DNA from: a virus
Taxonomy: Duplodnaviria; Heunggongvirae; Uroviricota; Caudoviricetes
IMG/VR virus record: IMGVR_UViG_3300010279_000007
Length of the DNA: 50,738 bases
Strand: one strand, 5' to 3'
The notes under the pieces were generated by a model. The model searched no databases. It was given only the letters and a program-made list of their open reading frames with translations, and was not told the DNA's origin. The translations under genes and the position numbers were made by a program. This document shows positions 31,902-41,748 of the stretch, one piece after another. Within the stretch, counting starts at the first letter, position 1, and each line of letters starts with the position of its first letter.

Positions 31902-32717
31902 ATGAGCAAAAACTTTTTTCAATCCGGGGCATTTTTGGGGAATGGACTGTCTCGTTTCGCTTTGAACTCTGATCCTGTGCAGCTGATGGAGTCTGTCCGA
32001 GCAAGCGCCGAACCGCCAACAGATCCGGTTATTAATAATAATCCGGAACCGGCGGCACAGACTAACGATAACGTTCCATCTGCCCCGGCTCCTGAGCAAA
32101 TCCTGGAAGGGAAAGACGGTAAAGAATGGACCGTCGAACAGGCGCACCAGATGATTCTAGAAGCTGCAAATCGAAGTGCTATGCAGAATGCGTTGAGTGA
32201 TGCGGCCGACGCCGTTTTCGCCTGGGCTGATAGCGGTGATCTGACTTTCGACTCCCTTGATGGTTTCGTTCAGGCTATCGCTGGTATCTCTGATGACGAC
32301 GACTCCGAAGTTACAGAAGAACAGGACGATGCCTATAACGAAGCATGGGCAAATGTTGCTGACTTCCTCGCAGCATGCGGTGTAGATGATGACCTGATCG
32401 AAGCACTGGCTGACGATGAAGACGACGACGCAGCTGCTGATGTTGGTGCCTCTATCGCTGGTTTAGATAGCGACGACCGCGACGAACTGGAAGCGGCGTT
32501 TGTTGTTGCTGGCACTTCTGATGAAATGCTGACTGAAGCATTTAAGAAGGTTGTTCGTAACGGTGAGATCAAACTCATCCGTAAACGCCTGCGTAAAAAA
32601 CGTCTGACTGCGGCTCAAAAATCGGCGCTGAAAAAAGCGCGTCGAAAAGCCCAGACCGGCGCGGCAAAACTTGCCCGCAAAAAGTCAATGAAACTGCGCC
32701 GTAAGCGCCTTGGCTAA
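31902..32717 (+). CDS. bipartite acidic/basic protein
   Basis: 271 aa; poly-D/E central region, C-terminal KR-rich tail. Confidence 0.5.
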   Translation: MSKNFFQSGAFLGNGLSRFALNSDPVQLMESVRASAEPPTDPVINNNPEPAAQTNDNVPSAPAPEQILEGKDGKEWTVEQAHQMILEAANRSAMQNALSDAADAVFAWADSGDLTFDSLDGFVQAIAGISDDDDSEVTEEQDDAYNEAWANVADFLAACGVDDDLIEALADDEDDDAAADVGASIAGLDSDDRDELEAAFVVAGTSDEMLTEAFKKVVRNGEIKLIRKRLRKKRLTAAQKSALKKARRKAQTGAAKLARKKSMKLRRKRLG

Positions 32718-32752
32718 AGGAGGAGGCCGGAGAACTCCGGCCTTTAACTTGA

Positions 32753-33334
32753 ATGGCACCTATTCCTTATGGGGTTTACAGCCAGGCTGACGGTGTATCG
32801 CCATATCTGAAAGTTACTTTAACGAACTCTCAGTACCAGGTTACCGGATATATCAGCCAGGGAGCGGCAATGAACATGGCCCAGAATTGGGAAGCGCCGT
32901 TTACCGGTATGTCCATGGGATCTGTTGCTGGTGCCTTCAGTGGTTTTGCGCAGGTTGGTACTGAAACAACGTCGGTTGCCCGTTGGAACAGCTTAATGGT
33001 TTGGGAAGGGGGAACACCGCCGACTTTCACGCTGCCAGTAACTTTCATCGCTTTGTTTGACCCATTCACGGAGGTTTCAGGAGCTATCGCCGCATTGTCA
33101 GCGATGATTAGCCCGGAACTTAAAGATGCCAGTATTGGTGGTCGAATCCCGGAGCGTGTGACGCTAAACATTGGTCGCCGGATCAACATCATTGATGTCG
33201 CTATCCAGGACATAAGTTTCGATCTCGATGCGCCCAGGGACAGCAATGGGCATTTCCTGAAAAACACCGTCAACCTCCAGTTGACCGGTTCTTCGATATA
33301 TAACAGCTCCGATATTGTTCGGGCGTTCCAGTAA
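32753..33334 (+). CDS. hypothetical tail-associated protein
   Basis: 193-aa ORF within tail operon. Confidence 0.45.
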   Translation: MAPIPYGVYSQADGVSPYLKVTLTNSQYQVTGYISQGAAMNMAQNWEAPFTGMSMGSVAGAFSGFAQVGTETTSVARWNSLMVWEGGTPPTFTLPVTFIALFDPFTEVSGAIAALSAMISPELKDASIGGRIPERVTLNIGRRINIIDVAIQDISFDLDAPRDSNGHFLKNTVNLQLTGSSIYNSSDIVRAFQ

Positions 33335-33345
33335 AAGGATTTTAT

Positions 33346-33855
33346 ATGGGGCACAATAACACTAAGGGAAACCGTAAATTTATTAAGGGCCGCTATACTG
33401 CCAACGCGGCCAAAGGCGAACGACTGGTATCTTCTGAATTCCAGCTCACTTTTGCAGGCCATGAAGATATCAGCGTACTGGTTCGCACGTCGCAAATTCC
33501 TGAAATGACCCGCGAGGATGTGGAGGACTATGGTCCGAATGGTGTGAAGTTCAACCAGCACGGTCCAATTCGAAACTCTGGGGAAATCCAGGTCCAGTGC
33601 GTGGAGACTATCGAAGGCGATATTCTTCAGTTCATTAAAGATCGCATTGCGGCGAAGGACTATGTTGATATCACGATGGCTGCTACCCCTGAATCCAAAT
33701 CTTCCGGGGTTAACGCTGTGACAAAAGCTGCTACAACAATTGAAATGTTGGACTGCAAAATCTACAGTGATGCAATCGACTTTAGTACCGAAGATGTGAC
33801 TGCCGCTGTGCGCCCGTCACTTCGTATCGTCTACAACTGGATTGAGTGGGATTAA
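33346..33855 (+). CDS. tail tube-fold protein
   Basis: 169 aa; FQLTF...IQVQCVETIEGDILQFI pattern resembling T4 gp19-type tube proteins. Confidence 0.4.
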   Translation: MGHNNTKGNRKFIKGRYTANAAKGERLVSSEFQLTFAGHEDISVLVRTSQIPEMTREDVEDYGPNGVKFNQHGPIRNSGEIQVQCVETIEGDILQFIKDRIAAKDYVDITMAATPESKSSGVNAVTKAATTIEMLDCKIYSDAIDFSTEDVTAAVRPSLRIVYNWIEWD

Positions 33856-33870
33856 GAGTCATCCCTTGTA

Positions 33871-33899
33871 TTTTAAAGCTCCTTCGGGAGCTTTTTTAT
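33871..33899. terminator. bidirectional intrinsic terminator
   Basis: AAAGCTCC-TTCG-GGAGCTTT with A-run before and T-run after; between tail operon and hok. Confidence 0.7.
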
Positions 33900-33971
33900 T
33901 TGGAGAGGAAAGGGTGCATTGAGGATACCTGACACACGAAGAGTGGCGAGGATCTCTCCCCGCCAGGTCTC

Positions 33972-34127
33972 TTACCTTTCAGATTCGTAGGCTGTGAAGA
34001 CAGTGACCTCCGTCTGGCCGGTTCGGATTCGTACCTCGCAGAGGTCTTTCCTCGTTACCAGTGCCGTCACAATGACGGTTAAACAGATGACGATCAGAGC
34101 GATTAACATCGCTTTTTGCTGCTTCAT
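33972..34127 (-). CDS. hok: Hok/Gef-family type I toxin (51 aa)
   Basis: MKQQKAMLIALIVICLTVIVTALVTRKDLCEVRIRTGQTEVTVFTAYESER aligns with plasmid R1 Hok (TRKSLCEIRYR...AYES). Confidence 0.75.
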   Translation of the reverse strand: MKQQKAMLIALIVICLTVIVTALVTRKDLCEVRIRTGQTEVTVFTAYESER

Positions 34128-34185
34128 AGCCTGCTTCTCCTTGACCTTTTGGTCGGTAAGAGGCTAATCTACGTATGCTAAGCAT
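33979..34185 (-). CDS. mok-like overlapping reading frame
   Basis: 68-codon ORF in alternative frame covering hok and starting 58 nt upstream. Confidence 0.3.
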   Translation of the reverse strand: MLSIRRLASYRPKGQGEAGYEAAKSDVNRSDRHLFNRHCDGTGNEERPLRGTNPNRPDGGHCLHSLRI

Positions 34186-34308
34186 AGATATGGCCTCAGA
34201 TTAATGTTAAGCGTCTTGCAGGACGCGTAATGTTATCTGGGGCTTTCTTCTATCTGCTTTTCGGGTAATGCCTGAAGCAGATAGCCTCAAGCACCCGCAA
34301 CGATTGTA

Positions 34309-34554
34309 TCAATGTCTGGCTTTTTTTCTATAGAAATCACCTGGAAGGGTGAATATCCACATCAGAAGAAATGTTGCAGCAAACATGATCCCTAATGGCC
34401 AGACCGCGCCAAAGAAAATCCATACTAAGATCTCCTCTGCTTGTTCTTTGCGGTCGATATCGACAAGCATTTTTCGGCTGAACATGTATACACAGAAGCC
34501 AATACAAACATATCCTGCAAAAGCGATCGCTAACTGTAAAAAATCAGATTGCAT
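34309..34554 (-). CDS. small membrane protein (81 aa)
   Basis: GAGG RBS before internal ATG; two hydrophobic helices. Confidence 0.4.
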   Translation of the reverse strand: MQSDFLQLAIAFAGYVCIGFCVYMFSRKMLVDIDRKEQAEEILVWIFFGAVWPLGIMFAATFLLMWIFTLPGDFYRKKARH

Positions 34555-34604
34555 CTCCGACCTCAAACTGAAAACGCCAGGTGACTCCAGATTAGAGCAA
34601 TCTA

Positions 34605-35450
34605 TCACCCTCTGAATCCTGCCGGTATACCCCATTGTTCGTTATCTTTATTTTTGGCTAAAACCGCATTAAGAGCTTCGTTTACCGTCATGCAATGCGG
34701 CAGATTATCGAAGTTTGATACCCCGCCAATATCAGGAGAACGCTTGTTCTTCAGGTAAGCATATTTCCGCGCTGCCGCCTCTACCTTCTGCTTGAACTCA
34801 TGTTTTTGAGTGCGTTTTTTGGATAACCGCAGATTGTCAGCCTTTGCTTTTGCCTCAGCGATCCATGAAGTCAATTTTTTGAGTCTGGTCGTTCCGGCAC
34901 CGCCGGAAACTGATCTTTTTGTTTTTTTAACTTGTGACTTCTTATTCTTTATTGCCACGTCATCCTGACAGGGGGAGGGGGTATCATTTTGACATGGGGG
35001 TGTGGATAAAAAATTAAATAAAGCCAATGTCTTAGCGAGAACAGCTTTAACCTTGGTTGCCGCTGAAGAGATCTTTAATTTGCTTTCAATCAGCGCATTT
35101 TTGGCTTGTTGTGCGAAGGCCAAAAAGGATGGTGTAAACCGGTACAGGTTAGCGCGACGTTCACGGTGATCGCCGATAACAATCTCTACAGACAGAATTC
35201 CTTTGTTTACAGCTTCACGGAATGCACGAACGACGGTTGATTGGCTATAACCAGTTTCTGCCGCGATCAGGCGGTGAGGCTTGTGAATGAAGTATTCACT
35301 GGTTGTTGCCGCGAGATTTGCACATTGCGACAGGATATGCCCGGCGCTACGGGATAGACCGGAGTGTGTTACAAAGCAGGCCAATTCATAGCCAGAAAAA
35401 GTAAAATCGCTCATCGTTATACAGCTCAGGAAAGTGACTTTAGCCAGCAT
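34605..35450 (-). CDS. repL: RepL-like lytic replication initiator
   Basis: 281 aa; helix-turn-helix region; immediately downstream of kilA in the same operon. Confidence 0.6.
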   Translation of the reverse strand: MLAKVTFLSCITMSDFTFSGYELACFVTHSGLSRSAGHILSQCANLAATTSEYFIHKPHRLIAAETGYSQSTVVRAFREAVNKGILSVEIVIGDHRERRANLYRFTPSFLAFAQQAKNALIESKLKISSAATKVKAVLAKTLALFNFLSTPPCQNDTPSPCQDDVAIKNKKSQVKKTKRSVSGGAGTTRLKKLTSWIAEAKAKADNLRLSKKRTQKHEFKQKVEAAARKYAYLKNKRSPDIGGVSNFDNLPHCMTVNEALNAVLAKNKDNEQWGIPAGFRG

Positions 35451-35479
35451 TACAATGCTGGTGGTTCTTACTACGTCTG

Positions 35480-36280
35480 TTAGCGCGTTGCCGCGACAGG
35501 TACCAGCACACCAGCATCAAGCAATCGCTTCATCAGCCACTGCTGACCTTTGCCGGTTATACGAGTCGTGAAAGAAATCCTGCTTCCATTGCTTGTATCG
35601 ATCACGGTTTCTTTAAGGGTGAAATACCCACGGGATATGTATTCTTGTTTGGGGACGTTCCTGCGTTCACCGGTTGCGATCAGAATTCCGTTATCACGCA
35701 ACCAGGTGAAGAGATAGTTTTGGCCCAGGCCGAGCACTTTGGCATAGTTGCCGATTAGAACCCCGCTGGCGGTAGCAACGCGTTCGGCGAATTCGACTTT
35801 AGGTGCATCCATCAGCATTTTTTGCTCCAGCCGTTGCTTTTGCTCTGCCAGGTCAGCAGCCAAACGGAGAGCTTCTGGGAGGCTCTTCGGAATAGCAGGT
35901 TGTAATCTTCCGGCTCGATAGTCGATAAATGTCTGGTTTACCTTCAGCCGAAACGCGGGAGAAATCCAGCCTGCGTACTCCACTGCGAGCAATTCATGGG
36001 CAAAAGTGCCGCCGCCACGGCCTTCGAACGAAACTATGCAATTCTGCATAGTTTCTTTTTCAAGCTCTTCGATGAGCTGTTTGGCTGACAGCGTTCTTAG
36101 CCATTGAGCTGGCGCTTTATGGGCACCGAGTCCGCTCGCTCTGTGTAGAGCATTAAGGTTGTAACGGCCAGCGCGGTCGGTCGTAATTTCAACACCACAA
36201 ATAACGGGCAGAGTGGTTGAAGGATCGACATTTTGATGAAGGTTTGATATATTCATATCCGCATTGAATGTTTGTTGCAT
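35480..36280 (-). CDS. kilA: KilA (KilA-N domain plus antirepressor-type C-terminal domain)
   Basis: 266 aa; N-terminal VICGVEITTDRAGRYNLNALHRASG; C-terminal half homologous to Ant C-terminus. Confidence 0.8.
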   Translation of the reverse strand: MQQTFNADMNISNLHQNVDPSTTLPVICGVEITTDRAGRYNLNALHRASGLGAHKAPAQWLRTLSAKQLIEELEKETMQNCIVSFEGRGGGTFAHELLAVEYAGWISPAFRLKVNQTFIDYRAGRLQPAIPKSLPEALRLAADLAEQKQRLEQKMLMDAPKVEFAERVATASGVLIGNYAKVLGLGQNYLFTWLRDNGILIATGERRNVPKQEYISRGYFTLKETVIDTSNGSRISFTTRITGKGQQWLMKRLLDAGVLVPVAATR

Positions 36281-36349
36281 TTTTTCTCCAAATTTGCATC
36301 AACCTTCAATCACCAGCTCGAAATGGTGATTCTTTGCACTTAGAAAACG

Positions 36350-36366
36350 AAATTTATTAGAGCAAA
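36350..36366 (-). promoter_or_regulatory. C1-operator-like site upstream of kilA-repL
   Basis: AAATTTATTAGAGCAAA, 1 mismatch to consensus. Confidence 0.6.
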
Positions 36367-36444
36367 TTTTTCTAACTCGATCCAGATCGGGTTGGACGAT
36401 CTGCTCAGAAACCTGCCAGTTTGCTGGCAGGTTTTTTTCTTTTG

Positions 36445-37488
36445 TTAACCTATTGCTACTGGTTTTAACAAACCAGCATCAAGTAGCTTGCGAGTTAACC
36501 ACTGCTGGCCTTTACCCGTTAATTGGGGCGTCAGCCGTATCTGGTAGCCATTTTCATCATCCAGCACCACTTCTTTCACCGTGAAATACCCGGCGTTGAT
36601 GTACTGTTGGCGCGGTACGTTTTTGCGCGCTCCAAAAGCCATGAGAATGCCATTCTGGCGCAACCATGAGAAAAGGGCGTTTTGCTTAAGTCCAACGACC
36701 TTTGCAAAGTTCCCGATCAGGATTCCATTAGCCACTGATACCCGGTCGGCAAAATCGACTTTAGGGGCAGCGGCCACCAGCTGTTGTTCCAGCTGCATTT
36801 TCTGTTCTGCTAACTCGGCAGCCAGGCGTAGAGCTTCTGGTAATGTTTGGGGGATCGATGGGGTAGGGGAGTTTGCCTGCTGCAATTCTTCCAGTTTGTC
36901 GATCAGCGAACGGCGGACGGCTTTTGATTCGCGTGCGGCGACTCGCAGGGCTTGTTTGTAGGTCATGGTTATGACAACCATAGGCGTACCGCCACCTGGC
37001 GGCACGGTTGCACTTTTTGTGTAACCGTCCTCACCTTCTAATTCGTCGAGTATTTTTTCGATGAATTTGTTGTTCCGAACCTCTGGTTCCCCACATAACT
37101 TACGCGCTTCATTGACCATCTTTAACAGTGTCAGGCTGTCGATTGTGTCTCCGGTGTTGGGGATGATATTCACGGCTGGTGCTGGCGTAGCTGACGTAAC
37201 AGGTGCTGTTTTTTCAACATTCAAATTATTACCGGTCATTCTATGTGCCTCCTTTCTCATTTCTGCTGCCACTGTTGCGTAACGTAGACGTCCTTGTTCA
37301 ATCAAATAATCCCTGATCTCGGCTATCAGTAGCTTGTTGATCACAGCCTTATCTGTTCGGGTATAAAAACGTCTGGTTATCATGAAATAGTTGGCAATTG
37401 CGCCGGGGATCTCCCGTGTCGGCATACAGGCAGTATGCAGGGCGATCGCTTCGGCTATGTCATTACGGGTGACGAGAGGTTTTTTCAT
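36445..37488 (-). CDS. ant: antirepressor Ant
   Basis: 347 aa; C-terminal LPEALRLAAELAEQK...GKGQQWL domain shared with KilA; follows icd. Confidence 0.8.
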   Translation of the reverse strand: MKKPLVTRNDIAEAIALHTACMPTREIPGAIANYFMITRRFYTRTDKAVINKLLIAEIRDYLIEQGRLRYATVAAEMRKEAHRMTGNNLNVEKTAPVTSATPAPAVNIIPNTGDTIDSLTLLKMVNEARKLCGEPEVRNNKFIEKILDELEGEDGYTKSATVPPGGGTPMVVITMTYKQALRVAARESKAVRRSLIDKLEELQQANSPTPSIPQTLPEALRLAAELAEQKMQLEQQLVAAAPKVDFADRVSVANGILIGNFAKVVGLKQNALFSWLRQNGILMAFGARKNVPRQQYINAGYFTVKEVVLDDENGYQIRLTPQLTGKGQQWLTRKLLDAGLLKPVAIG

Positions 37489-37706
37489 AAACCCCCCTGA
37501 ACGTCGGCAGAGAAGGGGAGGCTCCAGTAACTAAGTGGATTGCGCGAGTTAGTTGAAAAACGGGCAGTAAAAATGCAGGGGCCGTCAGGCAATTGAGAGC
37601 GTGCTTCGTCTTCTGTTGCTGCGATAACGAAGTGATAGTGGTGTTTTTTACAGGAATAGAAACGCCAGATGAATTCTTGGCGTGCGCAAGGATTGGCATT
37701 AACCAT
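37485..37706 (-). CDS. icd: Icd-like small protein
   Basis: 73-aa ORF overlapping ant start by 4 nt, GAGG RBS; position between c4 region and ant. Confidence 0.55.
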   Translation of the reverse strand: MVNANPCARQEFIWRFYSCKKHHYHFVIAATEDEARSQLPDGPCIFTARFSTNSRNPLSYWSLPFSADVQGGL

Positions 37707-37759
37707 AGTTACGGCCTCACAATCAGGTTTAACAACCTGCTACCCGCTGTCAAACAGGT

Positions 37760-37840
37760 GGCAGGACGTGACAGGGTTGACAGACTGGCGATTGTGAAAC
37801 CAGCAGGCCGAAGCCTCCCCATCACGCCCCACCATAATTT
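37760..37840 (-). ncRNA. c4: c4-like antisense RNA (approximate bounds)
   Basis: Repeated targets GTTTGACAGC...TGATTGTG at about 37895-37930 and 37709-37755; complementary TCTGTCAACC and CACAATC at 37775-37797. Confidence 0.4.
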
Positions 37841-38020
37841 GGGCGTAACGCGGTTTAACGGACACAAAAATACCGCAATATCGGAAATCTGCGGTTGTCC
37901 GCACAATCATTCAGGCTGTCAAACCTGGTCGCAGAATTTGCTACGACGGCGGAACTATAAGCCTGAACGATTAAAAGGTCAATATGATGCGAAAAGATAG
38001 CATTCGTGACTTAAAAATAC

Positions 38021-38037
38021 AAATTTATTAGAGCATT
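38021..38037 (-). promoter_or_regulatory. C1-operator-like site heading the immI operon
   Basis: AAATTTATTAGAGCATT, 1 mismatch. Confidence 0.6.
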
Positions 38038-38133
38038 GTTTGTTTAATAAATGCACAATTGGATCTAATAACCTCTTTTTTTTAAAGGCGAAAATATGTA
38101 CCCTAAATGAGTTATAAGGCAGGTGAGGTTATA

Positions 38134-38625
38134 ATGAGAAAACTATTACTACCGTTATTATTTATGGCTGGGACTGTTAATGCAGCATCAAGCGTAAAGG
38201 AGATTTGTACCGATTATACGAAATACCTTGGGCACGTTTACGGATTTGCTGTCAGTGAAGACGAATCCATGCGCAAGAAGTTACTGTCAGATATGAAGCG
38301 CCTTAAACTTTCTGAAGCGATGGTGCAGCAGGAACTGTATAAAGTCTCAACCAACGCAAATGCTAAATACCAATATTCTCGCCTATTAAACCCCGATGCA
38401 AATGAGATCAATCGAAGCACTTTCGATTATATGGTAAAGGCATGCGAAACAGCTCCTGATTTTGCTATCCCTAGCTGGGGTGTGCTGGTGGCGAGCAATG
38501 CCGTTAATAAAGAAGATGTTGGAAGAAATGGCATTGACTCAATCAGAAATGCCCCAGGAATGCGCCATCAAAACGTGCAGGGTACGCTTGAAGAACGAGC
38601 CAGGGGGCCGGGTGTAGCTCCATAA
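38134..38625 (+). CDS. secreted protein with C-terminal Sit-like peptide
   Basis: Signal peptide MRKLLLPLLFMAGTVNA; C-terminal GMRHQNVQGTLEERARG matches Sit internal repeat; AT-rich. Confidence 0.55.
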   Translation: MRKLLLPLLFMAGTVNAASSVKEICTDYTKYLGHVYGFAVSEDESMRKKLLSDMKRLKLSEAMVQQELYKVSTNANAKYQYSRLLNPDANEINRSTFDYMVKACETAPDFAIPSWGVLVASNAVNKEDVGRNGIDSIRNAPGMRHQNVQGTLEERARGPGVAP

Positions 38626-38713
38626 TTTAATGAATAATATTAAATTCTCTGGGCATAGTGGATCTAACAATATGGACTATGCCTATAATATCTAAAACAA
38701 AAAGGATAAAAAT

Positions 38714-39220
38714 ATGAAATTATATAAGTCATTGTATAGCTTTTTATTAATGTCCTCTTTTCTGCCATTATCAGCAATGGCAGGTTCTACCGTTTGGACG
38801 GTAGGAGGTGAGCAAGGGTGGAGAGAAATCTCTGCAACCAATGACGATGGTTATACAATTAACTTTTCTTGTGATGCTGGAGCAAGGGAAGGTTCCGAAG
38901 ATCATATAGCTGGAAGAAATTTGTATGTAAGTGGAGGGAAAGAGAATGCTGATTTTTCTACACGCGACACAATTTCTCGTAAAGCTGATGTAATTACCTT
39001 AATTGTTGGTTCGGATAGCTTTAATATTGGTACGCAAAACACTGCTCCAAATCGTAGGGAATGGTATTCTTTTTGGAAGTCAGCGTCAGCCACAAAAGAA
39101 AAAAACATGGATGTATATATCGGATCGCGTCGAATTACATCATTCTCTCTTGATGGAATTTCAAGTATTTACAAGGAAGCTAAAAATGATGGATGTTTAA
39201 AGCAAGATGACGGTGAATAA
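38714..39220 (+). CDS. secreted protein
   Basis: 168 aa with signal peptide MKLYKSLYSFLLMSSFLPLSAMA; AT-rich codon usage. Confidence 0.55.
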   Translation: MKLYKSLYSFLLMSSFLPLSAMAGSTVWTVGGEQGWREISATNDDGYTINFSCDAGAREGSEDHIAGRNLYVSGGKENADFSTRDTISRKADVITLIVGSDSFNIGTQNTAPNRREWYSFWKSASATKEKNMDVYIGSRRITSFSLDGISSIYKEAKNDGCLKQDDGE

Positions 39221-40391
39221 AGTGAAGGATATTAAAAAACTTGCACTTGGCTCAGTAAGCGATCTCTATAATAGAGATTCAAATATTACCTGGCGTGATA
39301 ATTTAAGTAAAATCAAAATGCCAGGATATACATCGGCAAGTGATTTATTAAAATCAGAATATGCTTCTAATAATTTGGTTAGACAGTTGGCAGAACTGCA
39401 AAAAAACGCAATCATTCCATCGTATAGAGAACATATGGCAAACTTGCAAGAACAGTTAAGAATAGGGCGGCTAGCTCAAGAACAAATAGCAAGATTGAAT
39501 TTGCAATCGTTACTTAGTGATTCTGTTAAAAAACAGCTTGCGAACATGACGAGCTTGAGAAGAATAAATAGCAAGCATCGTGAATTTCTTGAAATTCTAC
39601 AGAAACAGGCCAAGGTTTATCCCCCGCATGATGCAAATAAATACATTCAAATGCTAAGGAAGCAGGCAGAAATTGCTATGCCGTTACGAAACCAGTTCGA
39701 GATGCTTAATAAGCAAGCTGGTTTAAATAACATGCAAGCAATACTTAATGAATTGCGACAAAATGTAAGTCATAAGATAGATTTAAACAATGAAATAAAA
39801 GAATCATTAAAACAATATACCCTAGCGCAAAAGGCTTCATTACATCAAATAATGGAGCAAAGTCTTTCATCAATTGCACAGGCTTATGTCGAAGGTGCTA
39901 TTGAAACATCTCACAACGAAAGTGATGTTCAAGACAAAGGATTAAATAAATCCAGTTCGACGTTCATTGATTCATTTAAGTCGCTCCCTCACCCGCTTCA
40001 GTTTATTATTATGTGGCTTTTAACAGAAGTGGTGCTTGGCGCTATTGCTGATTATGCAAAAGAACAAATCTTATCGCAAATACACAAGACAGAATCATAT
40101 TCTGTATCCCTATATGAGGATGCACCAATATCAAAACAAAAATTAATTAAAGAAAACACAGAAATTAAGTGGGAAGATCTCAATGGTTTTAGGTTTATAA
40201 CTGGTGATAACGTAAGATTACATGTCAGTCCTTCTTTAAATAGTGAAGTGATTGAATGCATTGGCAAAAACACAATTGTTGCTATTTTAGATAAGAAAGA
40301 TCGTCAATGGCTTTACGTGCAGGTTAAATCAGGGGATGAGTTTATTACTGGTTGGATTACACGAACATACACAAAGCCTCTTAAGGCTTGA
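39207..40391 (+). CDS. membrane protein with coiled-coil N-domain and C-terminal SH3b-like domain
   Basis: 394 aa; TM LQFIIMWLLTEVVLGAIADYA; C-terminal FRFITGDNVRLHV...WLYVQVKSGDEFITGWI. Confidence 0.55.
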   Translation: MTVNKVKDIKKLALGSVSDLYNRDSNITWRDNLSKIKMPGYTSASDLLKSEYASNNLVRQLAELQKNAIIPSYREHMANLQEQLRIGRLAQEQIARLNLQSLLSDSVKKQLANMTSLRRINSKHREFLEILQKQAKVYPPHDANKYIQMLRKQAEIAMPLRNQFEMLNKQAGLNNMQAILNELRQNVSHKIDLNNEIKESLKQYTLAQKASLHQIMEQSLSSIAQAYVEGAIETSHNESDVQDKGLNKSSSTFIDSFKSLPHPLQFIIMWLLTEVVLGAIADYAKEQILSQIHKTESYSVSLYEDAPISKQKLIKENTEIKWEDLNGFRFITGDNVRLHVSPSLNSEVIECIGKNTIVAILDKKDRQWLYVQVKSGDEFITGWITRTYTKPLKA

Positions 40392-40521
40392 ATTTTATCT
40401 CCGCATCTTCGGATTGGGTGTTGATGACGATGTGCTACTTGAAGCACTTGAGTTGTTTTAACGTAGTATCTGAAATGTGTAGACTGACCGGTAACAAATG
40501 ACAACTCGTAGAATCGGTTAA

Positions 40522-41112
<591 letters not shown>

Positions 41113-41122
41113 GGTCGTTGAT

Positions 41123-41734
41123 ATGGGACTTAATGTTGCATCAGTAAAGTCTTATATATCTTCGGCATTAACGACGACATTATTTGGCTCCGGCGTTGGT
41201 GAGCGGGAAGTTGGTAAGCTGACGTCAATCATCATGAACAAAATGCTGTTCGCGCAAGGATGGCAGTTCTCTGTCGAAGTTGATGGGCTGGAGGGGGCAG
41301 ACTTCTTTGCCAAAGACATTACCTACCACGATTACAGCATCGAATATGAAACGATTAAAATCGGCGGAGGGAATATCCTTCAGCCAACGGAGCGTTCGCC
41401 TGGGCAGATAACAATGATGGTCAGGGATACCGGTGATGGCCTCGTTTTGGACTGGTTTAAGACGGCAAAAAGTCGGGTGATCAATCCTGACGGCACCGTG
41501 AACATACCGTCTAAATATTTGCTCAATGTGCGTATTTATCGGTTGCTGTCTTCCGGTTTAACCAAACTGGAAAATGAGATGACGGTATTCCCGGTTACTA
41601 CCGGCGATGTCACCTATGCGCGGGATCAGGTCACGGAATTTAAGTCATTCCCAATGACCTTCGCATTGCACAGCACGTTTAACCAATCCTCAAGTTCTTT
41701 GGCTTCCCTTCTGGGCTTTAGTTTTTCTCTTTGA
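41123..41734 (+). CDS. tail tube-fold protein
   Basis: 203 aa; WQFSVEV...ITMMVRDTGDGLVLDWF pattern resembling gp19-type tube proteins. Confidence 0.45.
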   Translation: MGLNVASVKSYISSALTTTLFGSGVGEREVGKLTSIIMNKMLFAQGWQFSVEVDGLEGADFFAKDITYHDYSIEYETIKIGGGNILQPTERSPGQITMMVRDTGDGLVLDWFKTAKSRVINPDGTVNIPSKYLLNVRIYRLLSSGLTKLENEMTVFPVTTGDVTYARDQVTEFKSFPMTFALHSTFNQSSSSLASLLGFSFSL

Positions 41735-41748
41735 ATTAAGGAGCAAGG

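Noticed and set aside
34141-34240. Annotating a discrete Sok antisense RNA gene
   Set aside because: The -10 is weak (TAATCT) and no clear intrinsic terminator follows; it stays a hypothesis within the hok finding.
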